The position numbers and the translations under genes were made by a program. A DNA stretch of 56,292 nt, counting the filler, from Sphacelaria rigidula (lineage: Eukaryota): assembly GCA_964200075.2 (NCBI GenBank). It is 6 parts of 6 records of this genome, joined end to end, with 100 filler letters (N's around TTAATTAATTAA, not from the genome) between each part and the next. Parts side by side here need not be neighbours in the genome. Positions count along the whole stretch, not along the records: positions 18,801 to 28,099 come from CAXNAA020008809.1; positions 28,200 to 37,497 come from CAXNAA020008810.1; positions 37,598 to 46,895 come from CAXNAA020008811.1; 3 more parts are not named here. One strand, written 5' to 3'. Within the stretch, counting starts at the first letter, position 1. The number at the start of each line of letters is the position of its first letter. Shown here piece by piece: positions 24,981 to 37,880 of the stretch. The notes beneath the pieces were generated by a model. That model was not told the DNA's origin and made no database searches. It saw only the letters and a program-made list of their open reading frames with translations.

Positions 24981-27629
24981 TTCCTCGTTTCCCCTTTCTC
25001 GTTTCGTTTGGCAACGCCCTCGCTACTTACGCTACGCTCTGAAGATAATAGTGTGATGTGATAGGGGTGAAGCACCTTGTGAAGGGTGTAATGGTGTTCA
25101 CAACGACTGTTCCAGGTTCAGACCTCAGTGTACGTTGTTTGTTTACTCGGCTCAGCAGCGCGGGCTGACCACAGTCGCTCTCATGTAGATCACACAAAGA
25201 GACAACGAGCAATTACAGACGAGTAGAACCGTTTTTGTTTCACACAATTGATTGTATACGAGCTTCATCTACAGCTTCAGCTACAGAACACAAATATAAC
25301 ACAAACCGAAACAGGCCTAAGTCTTGATCAATAAAACACACCAGACAAAACAGCAGCCCGACTACTGCTCTCATCTCTGGGACTCACTTTCGCGCGGTTT
25401 GTAGATACTCCAATGGGGAACTGTTGAATCGCAGCCAAAACCGGAATGAGACGAGAGTGAGGCTCGTAGGGGCTGGTTATTCAAACGTGTTTCGCCGCCC
25501 CCTAAATCAACAAATGACTAAGGCAAGCAACGAATGAGTACGCCCCCCCCCCCTCCCCTAAATCAACATAAACTGAGGTCATACCATAAATTGAAGAGAC
25601 GGGCTCCTCAATTCATGCCATGGTTGGGTCACTACCTTTCTTTAATTCAAATACAATCTCCCCGTAGACGTCAATTCAAGTGGCAGCCAATTCTCCGCTA
25701 TTTGAGTATGAAAATATCCATCATTCAATTTCACCTTTGCTCGAAATCATGGCTACGTCCTGCAGTCATATCGTATCACACTAGCCTCCAATGGGTAAAG
25801 CAACAGCAGTAAAACGCAGTGAAACGAGGTTGCTTTACCCACACATTCCATTCCCCCACACCACAGAAAAAATGAAAAATGCAAAACAAGATACCACAAT
25901 AATTTTTTAAAGAAAATGTGAGACACGTTAAGGGGGGTGTACTGTGACGGGGACTTAGAGGGCGATACGATATATTGAAAATAAAATAAAACCCGAAGGG
26001 TGTGAAAAACCCAAGAATCGACAATCCTCGAAAAATTAGCGCCGGAAGCTACGAAATATCCGGGAATCCAGGGCAAATCCGCCATGAAAAGAAAAAAAAA
26101 ACTGAAGCAGCGAAAAAAACAAGCCGGTAGTCCATCCGCTACAAAACCTTGATATAAAGCTTGACTGCTATCATGCGAAGGGGAAATCATGTCTCAATAG
26201 ACGTCCAGTTCCGCTGTGAGAGTTTTTTCAAGCAGCCCGCCAAGGCGTTTCACAGTACCGGGGAAGCACAAACGATCGTACACTTCTTTCATCAGTAGAA
26301 TCCAACGGTGTTGATTGCTCAAGGGGGAGAAGGAAATCGCTGAGCGGAAGACGCCGGAAACCAAAATCAACATGCAGCCGTGAGGCAACATGATGCACCA
26401 ACGTGACGATGAAGGGCGGCCCATCGAATTGAAAAGGTGCCCGTATCGTCCCACAAAGCGTCAACGAATAACACACAACCGTAGGAGATAAATCCAAGGC
26501 GGGTAATCCGATGCGTTCGTGGTGAACCACGGCAAGTATACAGAAAGAGAGGCCGATGCGGTCCGCTCTTAGATACATGCCCGTTCAGACGAGAAAATCG
26601 AGAGGGTGCGCATACAAACGGAAGGATAAACTCCCGCCGAGCACATCAACGCGATAATTTGCCAGCAATAACCCTACAACAAAAACGAACCACCGTACTG
26701 ATTTCCGAAGCGGCGGACCGGATGTACGACCTCGAGACTGCGAAAAACAAAACGTTTTTTTTCTTTTTGTTTTGGCGGACTGTTGTAGCAACGGAACTGA
26801 ACATAATCCAAGAAAAAAGAAATGTCCCCGATCATGGGACACCTGATACAGCGAGCGATTACACAGAATCTGCGACGGTACTCAAGGAGAGGGCTTGTTG
26901 GACATGCAACACATAACCCGGTCATCGAAAGCCAACGTGAGTCAAAAACACAAAACAAAAACACAAAACAAAGAAAAGAGTAGGGGGGGGAACGAATAAC
27001 AGGCTACGCCGAAATAACCAGTCCGTTGGAGAGGTTGATGGCGCACGTGGTTGGGCAATCGCACACACCGGGTGTGTGCCCCGTAAAGGGGTTGGTACTG
27101 GACGTGCTGAAGAATACCAACGGTGTGCGTCGGCCGCCTCCGAATACAAACAAAAAGAAAAACCAAAGACAAAAACAAGGAAGACAGGTGGCCATGCAAG
27201 GTAGGAAGAAGGGGAAACAGGACAGAACAAACAAAAACAGAAAAACAAAGAACAAAAACAAAAAACAAAAAACAAAAGCTAACAAAAACAAGGAAAGGAG
27301 AGCAAAAGCTTCATGCAGGAATAGGCATACGCGGCAACGGTTCAGTACAGAACACAGACATACGCGGCTACTGGGTACTGCCGAGGGAAACGTGGGCAAC
27401 CGGGCTACACGGGGTTCAAGGAAACGCGACCACGAGAGGACAAGGGGAAGCAGAGGAGAATTCTAAAACAAACACGACGAGACCAGGGGGACGACGATTG
27501 GCGGTAGGGAAAAACGCAGACAACCGACTCACAACGGTACTTGAGAAAACGACACCAACGACAAGACAAAAACAGGGGAGGTTTAAAGATCGCCAAAAAA
27601 ATCGGAAGGAACGCAATTTGCTATCAAGC

Positions 27630-28099
27630 TTATTCCGTGTCCCACGCCGTGCCGGGGTTGCGCAAGACAGCCGTGTCGATGTCGCCTTTGTCGTGTCGTT
27701 GTAGGCACCAAGATCCTCGGCGAGCGGTCGGCATCTCTGTGTAGTAATCGTCGTGAAGACGGATCTTGAGAGGACCCGGATCATCGAGGAAACGGATGTA
27801 GTAGGAATGGTCCGCCTCAGGATCTATCAAATCAATCTTCCCCAGCCACCACCGCGAATCCACAGTCCTGTACCATTTTTTTTCACCTTTCGGCAAACGT
27901 TTCTTCGAAAAAGAGCGCAGGTATTGCGAACGAGAAATGAGACTCTAGCCCAAAATGACAAATCGTTCCGAGTGTTCTTGGGCCAGTTCACGAGCTGCTG
28001 CGCCTTTTCGCATAGACCGATATCGTTTGTTCAACGGGAGTGATGCTGCGATAGGGTCTGCGCTTTTGCGGCCTGAGAGGAAATCGGGATTTAGGCATG
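27630..28099 (-). mobile_element. Probable Ty3/gypsy pol C-terminal remnant
   Basis: NKRYRSMRKGAAARELAQEHSERF, then a frameshift, then WWLGKI...YYIRFLDDPGPLKIRL...RGSWCLQRH; resembles from memory the post-integrase tail of brown-algal gypsy elements; cut by the contig end. Confidence 0.6.
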
Positions 28100-28199
28100 N
28101 NNNNNNNNNNNNNNNNNNNNNNNNNNNNNNNNNNNNNNNNNNNTTAATTAATTAANNNNNNNNNNNNNNNNNNNNNNNNNNNNNNNNNNNNNNNNNNNN
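28100..28199. other. Artificial contig linker
   Basis: Same spacer. Confidence 0.99.
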
Positions 28200-28458
28200 G
28201 TCATGCTACGATAGGGGGGGGGGGGGGGTATTTTAGGAAGCTTTCTTCCACGAAATTCTACTTGCAATCGTCGTTGATAGCAGCAACGGTAGTTCGAATG
28301 CGCTTGCTTCCGATTTGATACGCATACTCATACTGTTTGGTATCGCTTGTACCCAAATACAAGCGCACCGCGCGTGTGTTGGATCATCTGACGCACCTGT
28401 GAGCCCATTTTTTCGTGGAATCGAACCCCCCCCCCCCCCCCCCATTGTAGCATGACTC
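28200..28458. mobile_element. Family S MITE (G/C-run TIRs)
   Basis: GTCATGCTACGATAGGGGG... and ...CCCCCATTGTAGCATGACTC. Confidence 0.7.
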
Positions 28459-28672
28459 AGGCTAAAAGTCGCTGTACATGAAATTTACTGAAGTACCTTA
28501 CCATGCCAGTGTCGTTCAGTCGTTGATGTACCCGGCTCTAGTAAACTCTCCCACGTAAGTCGAATGGCGGCACACCGATTGTATTTATCGTGGAATATCA
28601 ATTAAACAACGCCACAACGCGCGTGTTCGTTCGAGTGATCCGTAAAAGAGTAAAAGGGTTGTGCACATGCAC

Positions 28673-28790
28673 CTCATCTTCCTTCAGCAGACGCTCGAGC
28701 ACTCTGGTGAACCCTTTCTCAGCGGCGACGTGGAGGGGGGTGCAACCACGTTCGTCCGCGGCGTTTCTGTTATCCCCTTGCTCGCACAGT
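28673..28790 (-). CDS. Ankyrin-repeat protein exon; gene continues beyond the contig
   Basis: CTACGCAG acceptor, GAG|GTGCAT donor; LCEQGDNRNAADERGCTPLHVAAEKGFTRVLERLL matches the ankyrin consensus GxTPLHxAAxxG. Confidence 0.9.
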
Positions 28791-29437
28791 CTGCGTAGGA
28801 CAACGATTGTATTATGTAATCGGACGGACGGACACATTGGAAGTAAGCCAGTATTGAAGAGAAATCAATACCGAAATTTGTTAACCGTGGCGTGCGCCGG
28901 GTGTTTTGGCAGATGCGTATGTACTCAAGGAATAACCCCTGCAGTGCTTGTGCTTGTTTCTAGCACAGGTGAGGTACGGCGAACGTTTCAGGGTAAAAAA
29001 ATCGAATAGTTAAACCGACATTGCAGGTCCGTTGACGACTTCCTTGTCTTGTATCATGCAACACGAACCCGCTCCATGCATCTCCAACGATACCGTTAGC
29101 TCTTCCTCCAACTCCGCTCTTCACACTAGGCAAGGCCGACACTTCAAATGCTAGTGGGGTCGACAGGACTCGACTTAGTGAGTGGGACGATCCGACCAAC
29201 GAGTTATAATACTTACACACAGTATCTTGAGAAGGGGTGCGCGACAAGATATGTCTGGGATTTCGGAGCTCTTCCCGTTCGAACGACGCCTTGATCGTGG
29301 AGCACAAGCGATGTCGGCCTATCACACGAGCAGTAGCAACAGCAGCAGTGGGCCTTTGCTATCGAATGAAGCCACAGCCAGAAAATCATCCAGAGGAAGC
29401 CACAAATCCCAAGAGCTTGTCCGGGAATATCTTCTAC

Positions 29438-29866
29438 CTGCCAATAAGCAATAAGTCTCCCAGATCCGACGCGAAATGCAGTGGAGTCCGCCTCCGAGTC
29501 TTTCTCCCGATCCCTAGCCCCGTCACCGCTGTTCCACCGTGATCAGTTTTCACTGGTATTTTCGCCTTCCCCTGCGGATATTCCGAGGTTGACCCGCTCC
29601 GTTTGCTGCTGGAATTTTCCTTGTCGTCTCCCGATCGCATTGCGGTGGATGTCGTGCAAGAGCCTCCGTCATTTGCCGTCTGCTGATAAACCGTGCCGCC
29701 GCGGTGCTTTGTTCGGAATTGATCTACGCGCAGGGCATTTCGCTTCTCGATGGAGTGACGCATGCAGCAGTGACCGTCCAGGCACGCCCCGTACCTCACG
29801 TGTTCCTCCACCGAGCAGGCGTTACCAAATCCTTGCCACTCTCGAAGATGAGTCAGCGGCACAGAT
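29438..29866 (-). CDS. Ankyrin-repeat protein exon (first repeat TPLHFASDLGDLLLI)
   Basis: TTTGACGCAG acceptor, AG|GTAGAA donor; phase 2 joins the next exon to complete an ankyrin repeat. Confidence 0.8.
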
Positions 29867-30029
29867 CTGCGTCAAACGGGATACAGGCATCCCGGTGCAC
29901 ATATAGGTTGCCACATTGGTAGAAATCGACAGCATCACCCGAGGGGATTTCACAATGAGCAACGATTCGCGGCTCGCACCATGTACCGGAATCAGCTCCC
30001 ATGCTCTTTCAGGAGTCTTTCTACGCTAC

Positions 30030-30248
30030 CCTCCCTGAAACAAAAACCAGTCCAAAATTGTCACGAAGAGAATGGTCATACAGCGTCTGATGTTTGGTTC
30101 CAGGCTGCATGAAGCATCTCATATGGGGGACATTGGCGAAGACGAATTCAGGCGTGGGAATTCCCAGCTGCTCGTTGTGCTCGGCTTTTATCATTTCGAT
30201 TTACGTGTAGATTTTGCCCCCCCAAACCAGCTTCTTTTGGGGGGGAGG
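30030..30248 (+). mobile_element. Family B repeat
   Basis: Colinear with 14686-14900 and 32330-32543. Confidence 0.7.
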
Positions 30249-30585
30249 GACTATCGTAGAAAGTGTCCCAGGCGAGTTGAATGTATATATATATATATAT
30301 ATATATCGGTCGATGTCAAAATCATGAGATATAATGGCATTGGTGAGCAGCGAAACCGACGGACCGATATATGGCCAACTATGCCCTGGTGAGTATCCAC
30401 TAAATTTAGGCATTCTGCGGTCAATTTTCAACGACCATTTCATATGCTCTTGTGTTAATTTAGTACTAAAGTTCTTTCCATTTCTCTGGGCTCACAACAA
30501 GCTCGGCTTCGAACAGAGACGAAGTCAAGACGCGTAATGTTATCACCTCCGGCGAATTCCTCTCGCCAGCCCGGGGACAGGGGGT

Positions 30586-30628
30586 GTACTCATGATCATG
30601 CCTGCCATAGTCATAAGACCATTGACCT
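30586..30628 (-). mobile_element. Family A short copy (about 43 bp) between G-rich flanks
   Basis: GGGGGTGTACTCATGATCATGCCTGCCATAGTCATAAGACCATTGACC then TT and a long G-run. Confidence 0.75.
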
Positions 30629-31412
30629 TGGGGGGGGGGGGGGCAGCTGGGGCTCGCACCGTCACGTGGTGGGTGCACCGCCACCAAGACGTCGCTTAAT
30701 ATTAGCAGATGCAATTCATTGTCGAGGTACTAGAATATTTGCTGCATGAATTTTCCCACATATTCGTACAAATGATTCACATTCTGCCGTCACAATTGTT
30801 TGCCGGTGCATGCTCAACGCCCTTCTTACCGGCACCATTGTGAATCGGTGAACGTTTCCGGGCCGTTCCATGCAACCACATGGTGTCCATGGTCTCTACC
30901 CCACGTTGCCGATGAGTGTACTATGCTGTGTCCCGATCCTGGAGTACCAAGAGCTTTGGATTTCACAGGAAATCGATCGGTAGAAGACAGACGAATCGCT
31001 GGAGCCGATTGGCTGCACCTTCTTATATCTGGATTATAAACCGCGCCGGGAGTATCTCGAGAAATTCCTTGTATTGCACTTTCAGAGCCTGATGGTTTGC
31101 TGGATCGAAGTGAATAGCTGATGACGAGAATAATCAGCGAGTTGTGGGTCGAAGGAGACGAGATTAAGGCGCTTGCGTTGTTGCGCTACGCGACATGAGA
31201 AAAAATGTCGAAATTCAATTCCAGTCCGCAGAACTCCCAACATGCCAGTGTTTGAAGTCGGTTTTAAAACAAAATGTTTGAGGGGAGAAGGGGGAGGGGG
31301 GTATTCGTGAATTCCTCACACGACCCGCGCATGGGCCAGTTGAAGGCGCTTTCGCTTACTATCGGTCCTAGCGAGAAAAAGTAGCATAGGGAGACGTGAT
31401 GCTTGATGGGGG

Positions 31413-31590
31413 ATAGCCTCAGACCCTGATATTCCGTACTAGCAAAGGACGTAGCATTCAATGACAAATGTTCGGGGAAGAACTGAAAGGCGAAGAGATA
31501 TAGTCTCAGACCCTGAGCTTTCTCTAAAACCAAAGGGCATAGCATTCAATGACGAATGTTCGGGGAATAACTGAAAGGCGGGAATATAGC
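31413..31590 (+). repeat. Tandem duplication of about 88 bp
   Basis: CTCAGACCCTGA...TAGCATTCAATGACRAATGTTCGGGGAAKAACTGAAAGGCG occurs twice, next to a splice donor. Confidence 0.85.
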
Positions 31591-31594
31591 TTAC

Positions 31595-31709
31595 CTCGCT
31601 TTGGTAGGTAGTACGATTTTATCCGCTAGGTGAACATCATACATTGCGTCGGTCAACGGCTTGCTGGAGCAGTGCGTCATCCGCGGGTTTGCATTTGAAA
31701 ATCGCACAC
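31595..31709 (-). CDS. Ankyrin-protein upstream exon (candidate)
   Basis: GTGTCAG acceptor (phase 1) and AG|GTAAGC donor (phase 2) fit both neighbours. Confidence 0.6.
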
Positions 31710-32329
31710 CTGACACGTCAAGACAATATTTTGGCACACAGACACATTCGAGAGGTATTGCCCCAGGGATAACCGTCAAACTGTTCTCTCCCGGCTAGTG
31801 CGTATTCTGTTCGAACTATGCAAGTGATCCTGCTTTCTCTTCACCGTGCCGTTCAGTACGTGTGCCCGGTGATTTTGATGACTAATTGACTGATTGGTTG
31901 GTTGCCATGCATTGGCTGATCCCCGACGGACCCGGTCGTGGCCACAATACAAATGTACTCAAGGTAAACGGAACGGAAACGCTCGCTAGAGGAAAGAGTC
32001 ATGCTACAGTAGGGGTATACATCCAGGCCCAAATCTTTCTCATGCAGGGGCTCCTGAAGTTAGGAGCTACCCAATAATATGGGCCCGGACGTTCACGTTT
32101 TCATCTTCAGTCGGGATATCCCCAGCCCATTGGAATGCTAATCTTGGTGTGCTCTCACATATGTCAGATGTTGTTTTTGGATGACATACGGGGCTCCGAA
32201 CAATCGAACCTCAGAAAATGTTTGAACACCCCCACCGTAAAACCACTCGAAAGGGAAAGTGAGAAGAAAAATACATTAAACCATAGGATTGAACTGAGTG
32301 TAATTCCCAAGATTGATGCCCCGTTAGCA

Positions 32330-32543
32330 CCCCCCCAAAAAAATCAGCCTCAAAACTGTCACGAAGAAAATGGCCATTCAGCGCATGATGTTTGGTTTCA
32401 GACTGCGTCAAGCGTTTTATATGAATGACACAGGCAAGAACGATCTCAAGCGTAGGAGTTCCCAGCTGTTCGGTGTCCCCGGATTCCCTCCTTTTGATTT
32501 ACATGTATATTTTGCTCCTCAAACCAGACACTTTCTGGGGTGG
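32330..32543 (+). mobile_element. Family B repeat
   Basis: Colinear with 14686-14900 and 30030-30248. Confidence 0.7.
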
Positions 32544-32793
32544 CTGTCGCAAAATCAGTCCAAAACGAAACCAAAGCAAAACAGAACCATAAAGCGAACC
32601 GCAAATAAAACAAATTAAAGCTGGAACGGAAAGGAATGGAACGGAGAAGATCGCGGAAAAAAGAATAAATATGCAAATGATTGGGGAAGATGACAAGCAT
32701 TAGCAATTCCACAGCATCTACTACCCGGCGCGAGTTTCTGTATTTAGTCGAGCATCGAAGGACCCGGTACAATACCAGTCTTATTGTACCCGA

Positions 32794-33050
32794 GAGCAAT
32801 GCTACGGTAGGGGTGCACTTTTCGCGCGAAATTTTGTCTGGTTCAGGGGCTGCTAACGATTCTAGATTGCACAAGGAAAGGGGTCAGGGCATCCCCGTTT
32901 GCAAATTTATTTGGGATATCTCTAGCACATTGAAATAGTAATCCTGGTGTACTCTCACATATTTCGTAAGTGGTGCTTTGGATGAGATACACGGCTCCTA
33001 ACAATTCTAATCTCAGAAAATAATTGTGCACTCCTACCGTAGCATCCCTC
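32794..33050. mobile_element. Family S MITE
   Basis: GAGCAATGCTACGGTAGGGGTGCAC ... GTGCACTCCTACCGTAGCATCCCTC; near 4-bp TSD CCGA/TCGA. Confidence 0.8.
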
Positions 33051-33418
33051 TCGAACGCCACTGAGCGGATATTCGTACAGTTTGTATACTAGATCTTTTT
33101 CCGCGCTGTATCGATGCGGGATAAGTAGATACTCACCGCCAGCATAAGTTACTGCCAAAGAGCTTGTTTTGTTATTTTGAATGTGTTCTCAAAGGCAGAG
33201 TTATCACTAAACATGCTGCGGCTCAGCCCCAAGGAGTGACACTCATGTACAGTGGTCCATTAGGCGCAAGACTCGCAGTTGATCGACGAAACTGCGCTTA
33301 CACCAGATCACCGCATTGATTTTTTTAGTAGGATGTTCGAACATGTTTGTATTGTGGAGCTGCCCTAATTCGGTGAGAGGAAAGCATCTTCACAATGCTG
33401 ATAAGACCTAAGACTCAC

Positions 33419-33818
33419 CATGTGGTGACAAGGCACGATGGCTTCTCCTCGCATTGTACGTCTTCTCTACTAACGGTTTCACTACCGTATCGTAGTGCGC
33501 CTTCAACAGACTGTCGGCCCCGGAGCCCAACTCGAATACGGACGTCCCGTGCCTACCCCCGGCGAAGGAGGAGGTGGGGTGACTGTAGAGCATCGTTTGG
33601 GGCTTGACTGCTGTTGCAGCTGTGCTACCAGTGGTGATACCTTCCGTAGAACGCCGCCGCCGAACACTTTCCTTGGTGGACGAGATCGCGTTCTTTGTCT
33701 GGTGCCGCGCATCGTCTTCACTAGTTGGTGTCCGTCGTGAGAGCTGCTGCATGTGAGAAGGTGATTCGGGGGCGGTTGATCGACCACGATGTTCGGCCGA
33801 GATTTGTGAGCGCCCATG
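33419..33818 (-). CDS. Ankyrin-protein upstream exon (candidate, low complexity)
   Basis: CTGGCAG acceptor (phase 0), G|GTGAGT donor (phase 1); 400 nt open frame within ORF 33408-33845. Confidence 0.6.
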
Positions 33819-34397
33819 CTGCCAGCGAGTACAAGTAAGTCGCAAAATTGCTCAGTCGAATCCTTTAATGAATTGATAAAATGACCCACCGCTGGATTCG
33901 TACAAGCAGCGGATCAGTTAACGGAGGACAGTCAATTAGCCCACCGATGAATTTATCAACGGTGAAAGACTGCGTTTTTCTTTATACTGTGTAGTAGATC
34001 GATCGTGGTGATGAATGCCTTGGCGTGGTCGCGAGATCTGTGCTCTTCCCGGGGCTTTGCTTGTGTGCGGAGAGAAACTACGTGGCACGGTGTACAGTGT
34101 AGAACAGAGATACTATATGAAGGATCGTACGTTTAGGTGGTGGAGTACACCGACCCTCGATGACAATATCCTCGACGTCGAAGTATCGAAAACTGTGGCG
34201 GCCACACCGTCTACTGTAAAGTGTGTCGTAGGAAATATCCTAACTGCCGGCATCAACGGGAGCACAGCAGTAGACAAAACGTCTGCAAATAAACCTCATG
34301 ACCCACGGGCGACGTGGTCTGTCACCTACACTTCTATATCACGTGCGGAAGCATGGGTTCGTTTCCTACTGTAATGTTAGCGTAGAACTCGATTAAC

Positions 34398-34700
34398 CTT
34401 GTTGGCCTGAACACGATCTCGCCACCCCCGCCAGTACTCGGGACTGTAAAGCGGCCCGTCGATAATCGGTGGGTCGTCACCATCGCCACCGCGTTGCCTT
34501 CGAGTGCCATCGGCTGTTGGGTCATACTGCCTTGTTGACGTATCAGTGGTTGTTGGTGTGACACCTCTGCTCCCATACAGCCGTTTGCTTTCTTTTATCC
34601 ACAAAGTTCTCCGTATGCTCGCCGCGTGCTCTTTCGCAGCAGACACAACAGCTCGAGGAGAGTCCACGGTGCCTGGCCCCGTCACAGGGGTTTCAGTCAT
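34398..34700 (-). CDS. Candidate first exon of the ankyrin-repeat gene
   Basis: ATG at 34700 after an in-frame stop; MTETPV...EYWRGWRDRVQANK; AAG|GTTAAT donor, phase 0. Confidence 0.5.
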
Positions 34701-37427
34701 GATATGACGCCGGTACAATTGATGTGCAGATCAGTACCGTGCTTATCCGACAATATCTCCGAATGGAACCCTGTACAAAACACCGGCTGTCTTTCTCCTG
34801 AAGATGCTTGGTGGGTCACAACACGGCCAACAACAGACCTGGCGGTATGCTCCATCTTTTAGTATGACAATTTCCACGAGTACTCGTGACTCGTGGGCAT
34901 TTGAGGCATTGCGGCGTAATCAGTCACGGTTCGATAAGAATCCAAATGTCGCGGTCGATTGACATCACGACTGCTTCATGAACGAGCACACATATCCATT
35001 CCTACGCCTATGCGTTCGTGTTCGTCTGATGAGGGATATTGTCATGATGCAGTATTATAGTATCATTTGGAACTCCAGCGGGCTGTAAACAGCCGCAAAA
35101 ACTGTCGTTCCCACGAAAAAATGAGCCAACGGTTGGACGAACGGATAATGGATGATGACGTTAGTGTATGCTGGTCTACCGAACTAGTGTTCCGCATCAG
35201 GGCGAGACATGATGGAGACAACCAGAGCAACATAAGACTGGGCACAGGATTTGAGCTATAAAGGTGTGTTCGGTTGTGTTAAATTGGTAGAAATATTACT
35301 TCAGGGCGATGTATTGCGTCTTACTGCGTTGGAGATGGCATGCAGTTAACCGCATTAGCTGGGTAGCCGGTGTGTCACAGTTTGTTGTAATGTAAAATGC
35401 AAGTACCAGCGAAAAGTCGCTCCATCGGCGATGGTGCCACACACACGTCTGACAACACATCAACTCTACTGATGTGCAGTACCATACTTTACCTTAAGAA
35501 CGCTCGGCAGCTGGTACATATAATGCTGGTACGCCTGTTAATTTCCCATTTGGCTTCGTCTCCGTCAAATCGAGCGCTACACCTTGTTAGCGACAGCTGC
35601 CCTCGTTTGTGCGTATCTCTCACCAATTTGCGATCTTTAGCGCGCCAATTTGCCAGGTTTCAGTTTTCCAGATTTACACTACAGGACACTTGTGGTACGC
35701 CGCGCTACAGTGCTACCGAACGCGGTACCCTGTCGATATGTCTACATTCTGTTGTGTGTTGACGGGCATCATAGGTACAAATGCCGATCACCCACTCCAC
35801 AGCAGACGGATTCTCATGAAGAAAGGGTCACACTGCCAGTAGAGACGGCAACATCTGAGTACGAGCTGGGCCAACTGACGGTGGTTTTTGAATTTATCCT
35901 GGCGATGCGACTGGCAATTCGAAGAGTTTTCAGGGGCTGGGCTGGGTTTTGACACGGCATTTTTATCATCAATCCGCGCAACATTGTCGGGGGTGCAGAC
36001 GAAAAAAAACAACAACAGGAACTTAGAGTGAGTTGAGGTTTCGGCAGAAACAAGAAAACTGCTGTAACTCCGTGAAAAAATGATGAACACGGCTGCACCC
36101 CGAATAATGTTGTAGGCACTCGCGTCCAGGAGATCATGGTGAAGTTTCGGCCAAAATACCTCAAATTGGGCGCCGCATCGCACTTTTCGTGTAACACGGC
36201 CGCGCCCATTTATTCCAAGCGATACAGGAGACTCCAGTTATATGGAGGTCATGTGTTCGAACCCCAATGGATAATTTTTTTTTTTCGTTCCGTCGTAAAG
36301 GTCATACATATCATGCAGTACATTTGTTTTCTTCTTTTTTTCTTTCATTCAGAGGCGGTGCCGTGTCACCAGGTTGGTATACAGTTCACAGCGATATGCT
36401 CAAGTCGCGCTGATTTAGGAAACTTGAAAAGTTGTGGTGTGGACAGCGAATGCGGGATTTACTGCTGACCCAGCTCGTACCTGCTAGCTCCTGTATTGTG
36501 CCGATAATGCAGCATCCCAACGTTCAACACTCCTGCTGGGACATGGTGTCCGTAGTCACCATGGCGTCTAACTTTTCATTTATGCTTGGACTTTATCATT
36601 TATGCATGGACTGACTTTGGCTGCACGGAACTGAAAACTTCTCTCTACAGGTGACTCGTGACTTGTCCCGGATAATCTTACATCATACGCAAGCGTAGCG
36701 GGATCCGAGGCAAACAAGTAGCCCAGGTGATGATGGCAGCTGGTACAAGATGTGTCGCCTTCAGTACCATGCCTTGCCTGCCTCGGTCCTATGTTTACCC
36801 ACGGATCTCCCCCAGGAAACCATGGATTCAGGAATCCTGCCGGCTGTTTCAGGCAAGACAAGGTCCTTCAGATGCCCCCCCCCCCGCGCCATCGCTTTTC
36901 CGCGTTTCATACAATAGGACGGAGCTGCTGATTGAGTGGTTACAGAAACAACGCCATCTAGTTTGCCTCTGTGAATACCCACAAGTTCCTCCCAAAGTAC
37001 CGCTACACGGACGCCTCGAAGGCTTGTTCAGCAAGGCATGCCTCTTCTAAAGCCATTTTCATATCTGTTCACACGTCACTTGTAAGACGACGTGGTTGCT
37101 TGAGTACTGCGCCGTTGCCCCACTTTGAGGTACAGACGTGTGCCTGAAACCGTAGTTATTACCACGTGCCAATCGACGTTTTTCCATGCTTTTGAGCTGC
37201 TCCTCTCAAAGCGTGTCTTAGGCTACTCATGTATAAAAAAATGAAATTTGTTGAAAAAGTCCATATTTGACCCTTCTGTATCGTTTTTCGCCTGAAAAGA
37301 GGGCTAGGCGGATGTTCACACCTTGGAATGACTCGCCGTACTCATCAAGAGGGCTTCAGAGCAACTTTGCGTTTTCCGTAGGTCACAGTTTCGTTTTTGA
37401 CCAAACTTGCATTTTCAATAACGAGCG

Positions 37428-37497
37428 ATATCAGATAATAAAGCAACTCATTGCAGGCTGTCATCCAAATGCAAGATAATCAGCAGGCTTCGGGTCG
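37428..37497 (+). mobile_element. Family A copy cut by the contig end
   Basis: Homologous to 9275-9300 and 40408-40480. Confidence 0.7.
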
Positions 37498-37597
37498 NNN
37501 NNNNNNNNNNNNNNNNNNNNNNNNNNNNNNNNNNNNNNNNNTTAATTAATTAANNNNNNNNNNNNNNNNNNNNNNNNNNNNNNNNNNNNNNNNNNNN
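37498..37597. other. Artificial contig linker
   Basis: Same spacer. Confidence 0.99.
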
Positions 37598-37880
37598 CCT
37601 ATGCTGTCACGAGACTGTCTTCTGCTGCCGTTCAAAAATATCAAACGCCTCGTACTCTGAGAGTGTACGCCAATACACGTACGTCACGTCAAAAAAAATC
37701 GGGGGAGTCACGATCTCGGCACGGTTTTCCCCCGATTTTTTCGAAAAATCGGGGAAAAGCGTTTCGAGATCGTGACCCCCCGATTTTTCCGGCCCCAACT
37801 TGGTCCAAATCCGTGTCCACAAAATGCGTTCCCCCATTTTGAAAAAATCAAGATTCGTGCTTGCCATAAAAGTGGGTCTA
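37598..37880 (+). mobile_element. Family D repeat, cut by the contig start
   Basis: Colinear with 24060-24344. Confidence 0.7.

Noticed and set aside
26922-27704. Overlapping K/N-rich and F/C/V-rich ORFs on both strands
   Set aside because: Produced by (CAAAA)-type low-complexity sequence downstream of the gypsy remnant
32955-33158. Extra ankyrin-gene exon using a G|GTAGGA donor
   Set aside because: The donor is part of a family S TIR, and the exon chain is already phase-consistent without it
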